A DNA stretch of 64,000 nucleotides from the human T2T-CHM13v2.0 reference genome, Homo sapiens: the NCBI RefSeq assembly GCF_009914755.1, contig NC_060947.1, one strand, 5' to 3'. Under the pieces are notes generated by a model. The model saw nothing but the letters and a program-made list of their open reading frames with translations. It was not told where the DNA came from and made no database searches. Numbering within the stretch: position 1 is the first letter of the stretch; each line of letters opens with the position of its first letter. Both the position numbers and the translations under genes were made by a program. Shown here piece by piece: positions 14,483 through 34,334 of this stretch.

Positions 14483-16747
14483 GGCCTTGTTTCTTATTGG
14501 CTTTATGCTCCATTTATGTATACATGTTAAAAAATTTCCCAGAAAAGCAGGATGATTTAAGCACACCTTATTTTGTTATGACTGTAATTACATCTTAATA
14601 CTCTCACAAATTTATCCCAGATTTTCACAGCTAACAAGATGAATACATAACATATAGATCACTGATTTTTATTTCACCTACTATCCAAATAGTGTAATAT
14701 CATGTGACTGGAGACTAAAATTTGTAAGAGAAAACCTTCAGTTTAAAAAAAATATATGTTTTATAATACAAATTCAACAGAATGATTGGTGGTGTGTAAA
14801 ATAAAACTTATCTCATTATAAAGTAGTGTTTGATGATATATGATTTCATGAATATCTTTACATTGAGCTGTTAATAATAAATATGTTCATTCTGGGTGAA
14901 ATGAGTCAACAATGAGGTATGTCTATTTTTAAAGTAGGTTTAGAAATAGAAGGCAAACAGAAGAGCATTTAAACTGAAAAATTATTAGCATATAAAGTTT
15001 AATATCCATTGGAATCAGGTGACTTTACCGTTACATATTTGTATATATATAAAGGTGTAGGTTGCTAAAGAAATATGAGAAACATAGAAATAGCAGGATG
15101 GTTACCTAAAGCTTGTTAATTTTTATTTATTTATTTATTTATTTTAGTGAAAATGCTGAGGCTTCTTTGAATAAGAAATTTTCTCTATGTCAAATTCAAA
15201 TGCTTCTGGTTTTGGCCTTAACTGTGAAGATCACAGAAACAGTTTGTTTGGTTCTAATTCTATTCAATTGTGTTAGAAACCTATAATAAACAACACAATA
15301 TAAGATTATTATGTTTGCCCTCAGACCCTTACATTATAAAACAATTTTCTTCAAAATTTATCTTTCTGCAATGTATTCTTTGATGTATTACTTAGCTCAA
15401 ACAATACGAATAGACTACTCATATTTGTCATTATTAATTCTACTCACAGATGATCGATTACCAACTCAGTGTATGCATAACAGTTCTTACCTCAATAATG
15501 CCTCTTATGCCTGTTTCTCTCTCTCTCTTTTTTAAATTTTTATTCACTCTTCACTAAATCAGACATTCATGACCTCTCATTTACAACAGTATCTGAAAGA
15601 ATTTTGCTGTTTATAGCATTTCTTCAGTCTGGTTAAACTGTACAGTGCTACCAGGGTTTTCTTCTAAACAGAGGTCAGATCATATTGCTCAACAATATTC
15701 CATAAATCTTTCCTGACCCTTGTGTGCTTCCATGTATGTATATGCACATGCATATATGTATGTCTATTTTATATCCTCAGGGAAAGAAATAAATTAAATA
15801 TATTTAGAAAATATCATGCTTTGCTTGGAAAACACTTCTATTTTACATAGAAAAAATATCAAATACGAATCTGCTATAATAGTTTATTGTACATGCTTCT
15901 TTTACTATTTGTACAATGGGGAAACAAAATAAAGAAATATCCACAATACTGTTCCTAATGTAGCCTCTTCAGGAATGTCAGTCTTTCTAAAATGACTGAA
16001 GGTAATTAACACATAATTAGCTTTAAGCCTTTAAATAACTGCTCACAATTTGCCCATGTTTGTTTCTACGTTTTTCGTCCTCATTGAGTTTTAAGTTTTG
16101 TCTTCCTCACCTAATAATCAGTTTGCCAACAATCATGTTATTTCCTAAATGTATACTTATGCCTTTAAAAAGCAATCACTGAGATTTGTTTTGTCTCTTT
16201 AAAATTATGGCATTATTTCTTGAGAGCTCTTTCAAACTAAGAAATTGAAATAGATAACTTTATTAACTTCTAGATGTCAACCATGACACTTTACAGCACT
16301 TTCTACCATTTACTCTATAAAAGCTTCACAATCGTCAGAATCATATCCCTGAAACTGACTTGTGTATGTACCAAACAGCACTGTGAGTTGGTTTTAATTT
16401 AGACTAAATTTCTTTAGAGTCTGGTGAGAACATGAGCAAGTTTGAAGTGGATTTTTTTTATTATTTTCTGTTTTAGCTGTGTTGAGAATAAATGTTTTTA
16501 AAAAATCCATTACTGCTTTATAGCATTATAAAAAGTATTCTTATTTTTCTGATTAGTCAAATAAAATGTGCCTGAGCCATTATTTCTAAGGAGAAACAGC
16601 TCCATCTAAAGGTGACTATGATTTATCTCAATCTTTCACTTCCAAATTTGCAAAAAGCTATTGCAAAAATGATTTTACTGGTACAAACAAAGCCTTCTTT
16701 GTCTTTAAAATAAAACTCTATTTAGAATACATATTTAAAAAGAGTAT

Positions 16748-16772
16748 TATATATTATATATATATATATATC

Positions 16773-16818
<46 letters not shown>
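16748..16818. repeat. Compound (TA)n-(GA)n microsatellite
   Basis: Directly visible: TA run, TCT, then about 22 GA units. Confidence 0.95.
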
Positions 16819-16820
<2 letters not shown>

Positions 16821-17283
16821 CACATCTGTATTTACATCTATCATCTGTCTTACCTATCAGTCTATATCCTGGATACGTTAACTAACATATATTTAAATAA
16901 AGGAAAATAGATTCTGTATTTACCAAAGTTTTATATTTTTTTAGCAAAAATTGATATAGATTCAATTTTGTGTTGAGTTTGAAATATGGCTTGTGCTTTT
17001 GAGATACAGTATATTGACGTCTATTGCAATATTAAATTACTTTTTTAGCATTATAGAAAGGATTATTTCACCATAATTGATTATACCTTATTGGTGTTAT
17101 TTTATCAAAAGAAATTATATTATTAATATTTTTTTTTCTGGAAACAAAGATTCTAAGCCACCTATAAATTTCATGTTTAATCTTCAGGAGGAAGTAATAT
17201 AAATGATGTGTAATCTGAACACTTGTTAGAAATGAATTTTTGGTCAAACTGATTTTGCAAGGTGGTTTTTATTGTTTAGATAG

Positions 17284-19602
17284 TGATATGGTTTGCCTGT
17301 GTGACCTTCCGAATCTTGAATTGTAGTTCCCATAATCCCCACGTGTCATTGAAAGGACACAGTAGGAGGTAATTGAATCCTGGGGATGGTTACCCTCATC
17401 CTGTTCTCATGATAGTGAGTGATTCTCGTGAGACAGAATGGTTTTATAAGGGGCTTTTTCCACTTGTACTAGGCACCTCTTCTTCCTGTCTTCATGTGAA
17501 GAAGAATATGATTGCTTCCTCTTTTGCCATAATTGTAAGTTTCCTGAGACCTCCCCAGCCATGACAAACCACGAGTCAATTACGCCTCTTTTCTTTATGA
17601 ATTACCCAGTCCCAGACAGTACTTTATAGCAGCATGAGAACAGACTAATACAATAAATTGTTACCACAAGGTAGTGGGGCACTCCTATAAGGATACTCAA
17701 AACTGTGAAAACAACTTTGGAACTGGGTAACAGGCAGAGGTTGGAACAGTTTGAAGGGCTCAGAGGAAGACAAGAAGATGTGGGAAAGTTTGGAACTTCC
17801 TGGAGACTTGTTGAATGGCTTTGACCGAAATGATGATAGTGATATGGACAATGATGTCCAAGCTGAGGTGGTCTCAGAGGGAGGAACATGTAGGAAACTA
17901 GAATAAAGGTGACTTTTGCTATGCTTTAGCAAAGAGACTGGTGGCATTTTGCCCCTGCCCTAGAGATCTGTGGAACTTTGAACTTGAGACAGATGATTTA
18001 CAATATCTGGGAGGAAAAACTTCACAGCAAAATGTTCAAGAGGTCACTTGAGTGCTGTTAAAAGCATTCAGTTTTATGTATTAACAAAGATATGGTTCGG
18101 AACTGGAAATTATGTTTGATAGGGAAGCAGAGCATAAAAGTTTGGAAAATTTGCATCCTGGTGATGTGATAAAAAAGAAAAAAAATTTCTCCAATTTTCT
18201 GAGGAGAAACTCAAGCTGGCTGCAGAAATTTGCATAAGTAACAAAGGGTCAAATGTTAATTGTCAAAACAATGGGGATAATGTCTCCGGGGCATGTCAGA
18301 GATCTTCAAAGAAGCCCCGTCTATCACAGGCCCAGAGGCCTAGGAGGAAAAAATGGTTTTATGGGCCAGGCCCAGGGCCTTGATGCTTTGTGCAGTCTTG
18401 ATACTTGGTGCCCTGCATCTCAGCCATGGCTAAAAGGGGCCAACATACAGCTCTGCCTGTTGCTTCAAAGTGTGTAAGCCCAAAGCCATGGCAGCTTGTA
18501 CGTGGTATTGGGCCTGTGGGTGCACAGAAGTCAAAAATTGAGGTTTGGGAACCTCCACCTAGATTTTAGAGGATGTATGGAAATTCCTGGATGTCCAAGC
18601 AGAAGTTTGTTGCAGAGGTGGAGCCCTCATGGAGAACCTCTGGTAAGGCAGTGTGGAAGGGGAATGTGGGGTTGGAGTCCCCACACAGAGTCCCAACTGG
18701 GCCACTCTCCTCCAGACCCCAGAATGGTAGATACACCAAAAGCTTGTACCTTGCACCTGGAAAAGCCACAGACACTCAATGCCAGCCTGTGAAAGCTTCC
18801 AGGAGGTGCCTGTACCCTGCAAAGCCACAGGGTGAAGTTGTCCAAGGCCTTGGGAGCCCACCTCCTGCATCAGATGTGAGACATGAAGTTGAAGGAGATC
18901 ATTTTGGAACTTGAAGTTTTAATAATTGCCCTACTGGATTTAGGACTTGCATGGGGCTTGTAGCCCCTTCTGTTTTTGCTAATTACTACTGTTTGGAATG
19001 GGTGTATTTACCCAATGCCTGTACCCCCACTGTATGTAGGAAGTAACTAACTTCCTTTTCATGTTAAAGGCTAATAGGTGGATGGGACTTGCCTTGTCTT
19101 AGATGAGATTTTGGACTTGAACTTTTGGGTTAGTGCTGGAATGAGTTAAGACTTTGGGGGACTGATGGAAAGACATGATTGTGTTTTAAAATGTGAGGAC
19201 ATGAGATATGGGAGGAGCCAGGGGCAGAATGATTTGGTTTGGCTGCATCCACACCAAAATCTCATCTTAAGTTGTAATCCTATAATCCCCATGTGTTGTG
19301 GGAGGGACCCAGTGGAATGTAACTGAATCATTGGTGCAGTTACCCTCATGCTGTTCTCATGAGAATGAGTGAGTTCTCACAAGATCTGGTGGTTTTATAA
19401 TAGACTTCTCCCCCTTTTGCTGTGCACTTCTCCTTTCTGCCATCATGTAAAGAAGGCGTGTTTGCCTCTCTTTCCACTATGATTGTAAGTTTCCTGAGGC
19501 CTCCCCAGGCATGTGAAATTGTGAGTAAATTAAACCTATTTCCTTTATAAATTACCCATTCCCCAGCAGTTCTTGATAGTAGCATGAGAATGGACTAATA
19601 CA
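17284..19602 (+). mobile_element. Full-length THE1D/MSTA-like MaLR provirus (LTRs 17284-17652 and 19230-19602)
   Basis: TGATATGGTTTG...GACTAATACA LTR pair around MaLR internal sequence (CCCTGCCCTAGAGATCTGTGGAACTTTGAACTTGAG); degenerate TSD GATAG/GACAC. Confidence 0.9.
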
Positions 19603-19636
19603 GACACTGTGATAAATGAAATACCCATATAGAATA

Positions 19637-22785
<3,149 letters not shown>

Positions 22786-23454
22786 AATTTTTAAAAATAT
22801 TTTCCCATATTTACAATGGGTACAAAGTCATCTTTCAGGTAATTCTTCAATCAAGTATTTTATGGAGCTCTTATCAACATTCTACTAAGGAAGCCAGCAG
22901 AAAGAAGACTGCTTTTTTGGCTGAGAGGAACGCAAAATAATAATTTTTTTAAAAGATGGGAGAAGGCATATTTTTACATTAGGATTTCTGAAGCACTATG
23001 CTCTTCTTTTGTAGTGCAGAATACTTTGTTGATATCCTACTCACCAACCAAATCACCCCCAGAAAGGAAAATGGAAATTGTTAACTGCAAGAAGATGTAG
23101 CAGGTTCAGTTAAGCATTGATAAGTCAACATTTTTACATCTCTCTCCATCTCAGAATTTCTCTCTAGGCAATATATCTGCTGTCAGATCTTTAGCATGTG
23201 GCAACTAAGCTTTCTGCTCCTAATCCTGAGGAGGTGCTGCCTGTACCCTCTTGAAGCTTCTCTTCCCTCTATCTTTTTCCTTTCCGAAGGGCAACACTTA
23301 CTATTTTAAGGTCGAGTAAAATTACTATCATTGTTCAAACTACTATTTTAAAGATATGGCCCCTATCCTCAAATAGTTAATGGAGAATTGTCATCCAAAT
23401 CTTATAGTTGAGATAATTAAGGTCCACAGTGATAAAGCATAATCTTAAATTACA

Positions 23455-23680
23455 ATAGCTTTTGGAGTTAGACAGAAATCAAATTTCTGTTCTTTATTGG
23501 ATTTATCACATTGAACAAATTACTTAACTCCACTGTGCATCAGTTTCTCATCTACAAAATGAAGATGACGAAAAATATATACGGTATTTTATGTATTTGT
23601 TGTGAAGACTGAGTTAACATATGTAAAGAACTTAGAACAGTGCCTGGAAGTACTCTGCAAACATTTTTGTTGTTGTTATT
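23455..23680 (+). mobile_element. MIR SINE
   Basis: MIR core ACAAATTACTTAACTCCACTGTGCATCAGTTTCTCATCTACAAAATG...GTAAAGAACTTAGAACAGTGCCTGG. Confidence 0.8.
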
Positions 23681-24907
23681 GCTTTTACTCAAAGTCACAC
23701 AGTCAGTAAATGAACTAGCTGAGATATAAGTTAAACTAAATTGAAACCAAATAACTCTCCACTTAAGATAATTTTTCCAGTTATAATGAAATAAATTTAG
23801 CGGTGGTTGTGATATTGTGGATATAATTCTGTAAGGGCATTTTGAACACCAGCATTTCAATCAGATATGTTTTCCTGCACTGAAACGTCAGGAAATATAT
23901 GGTTTTCTCAAGTATACAATGGGGATAGTACTAAAACTACTTCATGGAGATACTAAAATATTATATGAGATAAAAATGTGATTTAATATAACTTTAAGCT
24001 TAATGTTAAAACACATGAGCAATGTATTTTATTAATACAATTATTTTGATGATATTGACAGTATTAAAGGAATCTCTCTTTTGTTGCAGTTGTCTTCCAA
24101 CATCATTATACTTCTTTTAATCATGACAAACTTTTTCCTTCTGAGATTGTATACAATTTTTTTAACAGTTAGGGTGTCAGAAATAGAAATAGAGAAGGAA
24201 GACTAGAAATAGAGAAGGAATAGAAACTGATAAGCTGGATAGCACCATTACTGAATAAAAATAAGATTTAAGTATGAAAAGCGATTTCTTATGTGACTCA
24301 TACATTGCCTTTGAAAATATTTCAAAATCATGACAACATGTAATTGAATGTGCAGTGTGTTTTATAAAGCTATTAACAGTAAATTCATTATTTTATAATT
24401 TTACAGAGTACAGTTTGTTTTTGTTTTTTGAAGTTTTTATTCATGAAGCATGTGACCTGAATATTCTTAAAACTCACCTTCATATAGTCTTAAAAAATAC
24501 ATACAATCATCTGTGTCCTACATTTATTTATATTTTAAAATGCTGTGTGATTCTTACAAAAGCCACTGGAGTTTACATTTAAATGGTTGAGAATAATCTT
24601 TTAAAATATCTTGTGAAGGTATAATGATCTCTGAAAGGCAATATTTATCAAAATAAGTTTAAGAAGTTAAAATTATGCTGTAGGTAGGTGTTAAAACTTT
24701 GTTTTCCTGCTATGCAGAGAAGAAAATAAACAAATTCTGTCCATTAAAAATTTTAAGTGATCAATTAGGAAATATTTTTTCACAAGACAGCTATTCCTTT
24801 TAGAAAGCACTTTTAGCCAAAATACCTTTATTCCCCCAAATACTCCATTATTTGTCATAGTGATCTATATATTCAATATATGCTAGCTAACAAGCACCAG
24901 ACCCACA

Positions 24908-25393
24908 GTATTAGTTTTCTATGCTGTGTAACAAATTATCATAAACTAAGAAGCTTAAGACAAGACACATTTATTATTGCATGCTTTCTGTGGTCTAGTC
25001 CCTCCGACATGGCTTATCTGGGATGCCTCGTTAGGGTCTCACAGGGCTGGAAATCATGGTGTCAGCCCAGGATGAGTATTTATCAGAGCTTGATGGGGGA
25101 AAGAACTGCTTCCAACCTACCTCATATTATTGTAAAAATATACTTCCTTGCAATTTTAGAATTCATGGCAGATTGCTTCTTTAAAAGCAGCAACACAGGG
25201 AGAAAGCAAGTCTGCTAGCAACACAGAGAATTACAAAATGTAATACAATTACAGGCATGACATACCATCACCTCACCATTCTCTATTTGTTAGGTGAAAG
25301 TCACAGGTTCTGCTAACAAACAAAAAGTTATATTAGAATGTGGACATAAGGAGCTGGAGCTCAATGGGCCCGCCTTAATGTTTGCTTGTCACA
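24908..25393 (-). mobile_element. MLT1 (MLT1D-like) LTR
   Basis: TATTAGTTTTCTATGCTGTGTAACAAATTATCATAAACT...CATTTATTATT...AGGGTCTCACAGGGCTG...AAGTCACAGGTTCTGC. Confidence 0.7.
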
Positions 25394-26348
25394 TTCACCT
25401 ACATGTTTAAGATAACTAGAAATGTTGGATATAAAATATTTTTAAAGACTTTTTCTTTAGAATTTACATCTGTAAACCCAAATTCATATATACAATTGAA
25501 TTAAGGTATAACTTCTCTCAAAGTGGCAACATCAAACACACATTTAAACTTGAATGCATTGTTTCATTCTATATGCAAATATTTTCATTGACTAGCGCAA
25601 AACAGCACTGGGGGAATAAATTACTTTCTCTGCATGGTGAATATAATTGATTTTATGTAAAATCCTAACTACCTCCCAAGTTTCAAAGGAAACTGAATTT
25701 TAACATTAAGCGTATATGGCACGTTGGAGATATGTATGATATAAAGATACTTGGATTAGAAAATATCTCCTGTTTAAAAGACTCACCGTAGCTCTTTCAT
25801 TAACTAGTTGATTCAACAGAACATGTTTACCCTCTGACAATCTTTTAGCCCTTAGGCTCTATCTTTTGTGGAGAAACCATAAGCTACTTGTTAATTAGCA
25901 CCCTGGCAACCACTTTTAGTTTTTTATTCAAACTGTATACTACAAATATTATTATAGCACCTCTAACTCTTGAAATACATGGTTGGTTCTACAAGTATTT
26001 TTTAATCAACAACATTGTTATTGATATTGGTATTATTTTTATCTCCAAAGTAAGTACTATACTTGGTAGACCTCTTCCTTATGGTTTTGCAGAAAGAGTA
26101 TGCTTTGCACAATTTGTTACGAAATCAGCCATCATGGTAGTAAAAGAGTAAAATAAAAAGTGCAAGCATCGTCTATCCAATAATTTGACAATTTTGCTAA
26201 AATCCTATCCTATTCAAGACCATGCAGTATACTAACAAAAGCTAACTTTTTCACAAATTTCTATCCCATTTAATTCATTTGGAGTTTTTGTAAAATACCA
26301 TAATCAAAGACATACCATTTACTTCATTAAGACAAAATCATCAGAATT

Positions 26349-26672
<324 letters not shown>

Positions 26673-27199
26673 TCATCAGAATTAAGTTACTGAAATTAGC
26701 AGTCTAGTTCTGGACAAGCTTGCATGTCAGTGAAAACTTTTCAGAAACTATTTTTTTTTATTCTTTTTGTTTTTGTTTGGCACAATGACTACAGCATTAT
26801 TATTGAAACTGTATGGTTTTTGGAGGTACAAAGTAAATATAATTCCAGGGTTAATTTTTCAATACTAGCAAAAGTCCTATTACAGAAAAATTTCTGTGCC
26901 AGTAACATGATAAACTCCTACTTGGGTTAGAGAAGTTTAAATTGAATTAACTGTGTAGTATCAGTCATTTAAAAGTGTTGATGGGATATTGTAGGAAGAT
27001 ATTTTAAAAGCAGTGGAGGATATGGGCGTCACTACATATTAACTAAAATGGCACTTTAATAAACTGCATTTCATATTTCATATTATTTAAATATCCATAT
27101 TGACATAAAGTCTTTTGTTTCTTACTCACTAAGGCAAACATCTTAGTTGCATATTAAAGATTACTTGTCATAAATTTGAGACAAATTAAGTTTCTGTTA

Positions 27200-27900
27200 T
27201 GTAGCTTATACAAAAATACATTCTAGATTAAATATTTCAATGAGAAACAACTCAAATGATAAATATTTTAGTAGAAAATATTGGAAACGGGTGTTCACTG
27301 CTAACTCACAAAAAGATAAATAAAAGTGACTGATAAACACAAAAAAGACCAACTCCAAATAACCAAAAAATTACAATTAAGATAGTGAAAAATTAAAAAT
27401 AACTAATTGGTAAAGATTAAGGAGAACGTTAAAACCTGGTGATGTGAAGGAAGTGAGAAATTAGACATTCTCATTATCTAAAGGGAGTGTAATGCTAACA
27501 ACTTCCCTGGAGATTTGGCTATTAATTGTATGTGTGTGCATGTCTGTATAATATTAAAATCACATACACCTTTTCAAGTGAGCAATCCGATTCTAGAAAT
27601 TTATCACATTGAACTCACCATGGCTCTATCTTCAAGAATGTATATTGCAATGTTGTTTATAATACTGTAATTTTTTACTAGAAAATACTTAATTATGTAA
27701 AATAAATAAATACATTTATGTATAGCTATGCAATAAGCTACCATATAGCCATTCAAATGGTGAGGTAGAATATTTAATAACATGTGAAAATGTATATGTG
27801 ATAATAAATGAACACTTCTGCAAACAATGTATATTATAATTTCATTTTATGAAACATAAATCTATTTATGGAAAAAAGGTATCTCTAAATGGTGAGCTTG
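27200..27900 (+). mobile_element. Highly diverged L1M(E) 3' fragments
   Basis: Degenerate L1 motifs such as TATACAAAAATACATTCTAGATTAAA and ATTAAAATCACATACACC...AGCAATCCGATTCTAGAAATTTATC. Confidence 0.45.
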
Positions 27901-29208
27901 TTGAATAATGTTTCCTAAAAAATAAGTATTATTTTTGAAAATTTAAGCAGTTAGTGCTCTAAAAATGTCGGCAACTATGTGTTTGTTCATTTATTAGGAA
28001 CAGAATGTCTTCCAGATGAATTTTCATGAATATCAGTCAATAGTTTAACTGTTGCTACTTCCCATTCAGAAACATTTCAGCCACATTTAATTAAACATAT
28101 CTAAGACACTTAACTAGAAGACATTGAGCAGTAGTCATCAGAATTATTTTTCTTCCATCAAAATGGAATTTTGAATTTTTTTGTTCACTAATTACAATTA
28201 GAACTGATTCATTTCCACAGTAAGGGCCCCTAAATTGTTCAGTTCTAATAATGATGATGAGAAATAGGCATTCTTTTAGGGAAACATACAAGTAACTCTC
28301 AATAATAATTTCTTATTAAGAAATAGCAAATCTTATTTTAAGAGTAGAAAACTAAGAAAACAAGTGACTTATTTTACTACTTACTGGAATAAAATTGTAT
28401 TAAAAAATAAATATTGACATTTAAAAAATTGCACCAAATAGAGATATAAAATTTTATATAGCACCATAGATCCTCTATCATTTAGTGTTGGGTAATGAGA
28501 GTATGATTGGAAGCACTGTGCTTATAAACACAAGCAAACTTAATTTTAAGAAAATTAATCCTTTCATTTATTTTAATCATAAGTTCTGCTTTACAAACAA
28601 TCTACATACCACATGACCAAAATTTACAAAATATATACCACGACTTTGGAGGCCACTTGGTAAACCATTTTGTAGTTGGGTTGTCAAGCTATCAATTATT
28701 ATATCACATTATGTAGTCATCCAATAATAGTTAACAAGTCAACCATAATAACTGGATCACAGAGTGATTAGACCAGAGACTTAATAAGTAATTCCGATAA
28801 GACAATTCAAATGTCAGATTTTCAAAATCCCTATCAGCTCAATTTGTTTTCATCCTGGATAAAGAAAGGCATAGAAGGAACTAGAACTCCTGACCTTTAA
28901 GTATTTTTGTAGAAAGCAACCCACGATGAAATAAAGAATATAATTAATAAATCTTCATTCAACAGAATAGATTAACTTCATCAATTTTTATGCTCAATTT
29001 ATGTGATATATGTGCAGACTATCAAAATCTGTCAGTGGCTCCTACTTCCAGTTTCCTTCTACTTAAATAGCCATATAGCCTTGTCAGCAAAATTTGTACC
29101 TATAGTCATTTCTGCTATTATGTCTTTAGATTCATCTAGCAGACATTTTGAACATTGAGGCTCCAGACATACCTCATTTTATTGTGCTTTGCCTCCTTCT
29201 CACAAATA

Positions 29209-31280
<2,072 letters not shown>

Positions 31281-31282
31281 CC

Positions 31283-32840
31283 ATGTTTTTTTTTATCCAT
31301 TCATTGGTTGATAGATATTTGAGTTGTTTACACCTTTTGGCTATTATGGATAATTCTGCTGTTACCATCAGTGTACAAATATCTGTTAGAATCTCTGATT
31401 TCAATAATTTGAAGTATATATCCAAAAATAGAATTACTGGAATCACCATACTATTTTCCATAGCAGATAGAATATTTCAACAATGCACATCAGTTTTAAT
31501 ATATATAGATATCCTTTCCAATATTTATAACTTTCTGTTATTTTAATAATAGTCATTCTAATGTGCCTAAGGTACCTCATTATGTGTTTGATTTGCATTA
31601 TCCTAATGGCTAGTGATGACAAGTGTCTTTTTATGTGCTTATTATCCATTTGTATATTTTCTTTGCAGAAAAGTTGATATTCAAGTTATTTCTCTATTAT
31701 TAATTGGGTTTTTTATTCTTGTCTAGTTGTAAAAGTTTTTTGATATATTCTAGATATCAATCCTTTACAATATATTTAATGTAAAATTATTTTCTTCCAT
31801 TCTGTGGGCTGTATTTTTACTCAGTTTTTAGGTCTCTGTGATATATAATTTTTTTTTTACTTTTAATGAAGTCCAAAGTATTTTTCTTTCTTTTTTTGCC
31901 TGTGCTTTTTGTCTCATATAGATGAAATCATAGCCAAATACAGTGTCATGAAGCATTTTTTGAATGCTTTTTTCTAACAGAGAGTTTTACAATTTTATCT
32001 TTTATATTTAGGTCTTGAATCCACATTTCAGTTAATCTTTATAAATGTTTTAAGGTAAGGGTCCAGCTTTATTCTTTTGCATGTGGATATCCAGTTTTCA
32101 CATCACCGTTGGTTGAAAAGATTCTTCTTTCCACATTTGATGGTCATGGAACCCTTGTCAAAAAGTAATTGACCATATATGTGAGGGTTTATTTCTGAAC
32201 TTTCTCTTTTATTTCATTCATCCATATGTCTGCCTTCATGAAAGTACCATGCTGCTTTGATTACTGTAGCTTTGCAATAAGTTTTGAAATCAGAAAATGT
32301 GAGTTGCTCTTTTGTACAACTCTATGGGCTGTTTGACGTCCCTTGAATTTACCTATAAATTTTAGAATGGGTTCTTCTATCATTGATAAGAAGGTTGCTG
32401 GGATTTTTCAGAGATTATATTGAACTTGTAGATCACTTTGGGTCATATGGATATTTTAACAATATTGACTTCAATTTATAAACATAGGTGTCTTTCCATT
32501 TTATCTGTATCTTCTTTAATTTATTTCAGTAATGTTTTGTAGTTTTCAGTGCACAAGTCTTTTGCCTCCTTGGTTAAGTTTATCCCTAAGTACCTTATGC
32601 ATTTTGATGCTATTACAAATGTAATTATTTTCTTAATTTATTTTTCTTATTGTTTATTGTTTATAGAAATAGCATAGCTTTCAGTTTTAATTTTTATCCT
32701 AAACATTTGCTGAGTTCATTTATTAGGTTTAACAGATGTTTTTCATGTGGAATCTTTTTTCTCCATATCAGCTCATTTCATCTACAGAGATGTTACTGCT
32801 TCCCTTTTAATCTAGATACACTTATTTTATTTTCTTGTCT
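31283..32840 (-). mobile_element. L1M (L1MB-like) ORF2 3' region
   Basis: Antisense L1 motifs TTTATCCATTCATTGGTTGATAGATATTTGAG, TTGCATGTGGATATCCAGTTTT, CTTTGATTACTGTAGCTTTG; ORF track peptides resemble the ORF2 C-terminus. Confidence 0.85.
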
Positions 32841-33581
32841 AACCTCTCAGATAAAAATGTGGCTAGACATGGTAGATAGATATAAGATGAATAGTAATTG
32901 TGTTTCATTTACTAAAATTCAAATGTGTTTTTGTTGGGTGGCTTTCTTTTATTATTTTGAGCTTGTGATTAGGCCAAGTTAAGGCAGAGGTGGAAGAGGT
33001 AAAAGCTGTAAACAACATAATAGAGATGGAAGTAATGGGAGAGAAGGAAACTTCAGAAGTTAGGGAAATTATAGAACCCGTAGAAACCATTAAAGTGAAG
33101 CCAGTACAAGCAGTGCAGCTATTAGAAACCATGAAGAATGTATAGATTCTATAGGTAGTAAAAAAATAAGAGACGGGGAGCTAATGGAGGTAAAGGAGTG
33201 ATTGCAACCAAGTGTAGTTCTTGAATTCAGTGGAAAATAAAATTACTCATATGCATATGGTCTAGGTTTGGAGCACCCTAGGATTTTAAATATCAAAAGG
33301 AAGTATTGCACCATTTGAAAGGAACGTGAACTCCTGCCACTGCTAATTTGTTTCTGCATGTGATATGTAGCATTTTCACATATTCCAAATAGATTTTAAC
33401 CTTCTACATCAAATCTTTAAAAATTTTAACTATAGCTCTAGGTAAATTACTATGTCTTCTAATTTCATTAATTCCATTTACTTCCAGAAATAGAAATTTC
33501 TTTTTTATGTTTGCCATTATTACTCATATCACATGTTTGAAATAGCCTTTAAATACATACAATGATTTTTTTCTGGCAGGA

Positions 33582-34015
33582 TACTTTTATTGTGGTAAAT
33601 ATACATAACAATATTTACCATTTAACAAGTTTTAGTGTACATTTTTAGTGGCATTAAGTACATTCACAACGTTGTGCAACCATCATCAGTATGAATTTTG
33701 AGAACTTTTTTATCATCCCAATAGAAGACTGTACCTACTAAACAATAACTCCCCATTTATATATATCCTGAGCTGCTGATAACCTCCATTTTATTTTCAA
33801 TCTATATGAATTTCTCTATACTAGGTAACTTACATAAGTGGAATCATGTAATATCTGTCCTTTTGTTCCTGGCTCATTTCATTTATTATGATGTTTTCAT
33901 GTGGTATTATGATGTTTCATTTATGTGGTAGCATATAATAAATTCATGATGTTTTACTGCTGAGTAATACTAATCTATTACATTGACGTACCACATTGTG
34001 TTAATCCTATTTTTA
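33582..34015 (-). mobile_element. L1MB 3' end
   Basis: TTTATTGTGGTAAATATACATAAC...GTGGCATTAAGTACATTCACAACGTTGTGCAACCATC. Confidence 0.75.
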
Positions 34016-34039
34016 GGAATTAGAGACATAATATTATTT

Positions 34040-34315
34040 AAACGACAAACTTTCCAAAGTGATCTATAAGTGCAATGCAATCTCTATAAAAATGCTCATG
34101 ACTTTTTTTTTGGCAGAAACGGAAAAATCCTTCCTAAAATTCATTTGGAAAATCAAGGGACTCTAGATGTCCAAAACAGTCTTGAAAAAAACTCAAAGGG
34201 CTGACATTTTCTGATTTCAAAACTTACAACAAACTGACAGTAATCAAAATAGCATGGTGCTAAAATAAAGACATATAGACCAGTGGAATAGGATAAAGTT
34301 CATAAATAAACCTTC
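34040..34315 (+). mobile_element. L1M ORF2 fragment
   Basis: CTAAAATTCATTTGGAA...CTGATTTCAAAACTTAC...CAGTAATCAAAATAGCATGGTG...ATATAGACCAGTGGAATAG. Confidence 0.75.
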
Positions 34316-34334
34316 ATTTACTTTCTATTAATTT

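Noticed and set aside
24185-24222. Short local tandem duplications (also near 19985, 38930, 40392, 62650)
   Set aside because: Common 9-20-bp slippage duplications with no further structure.
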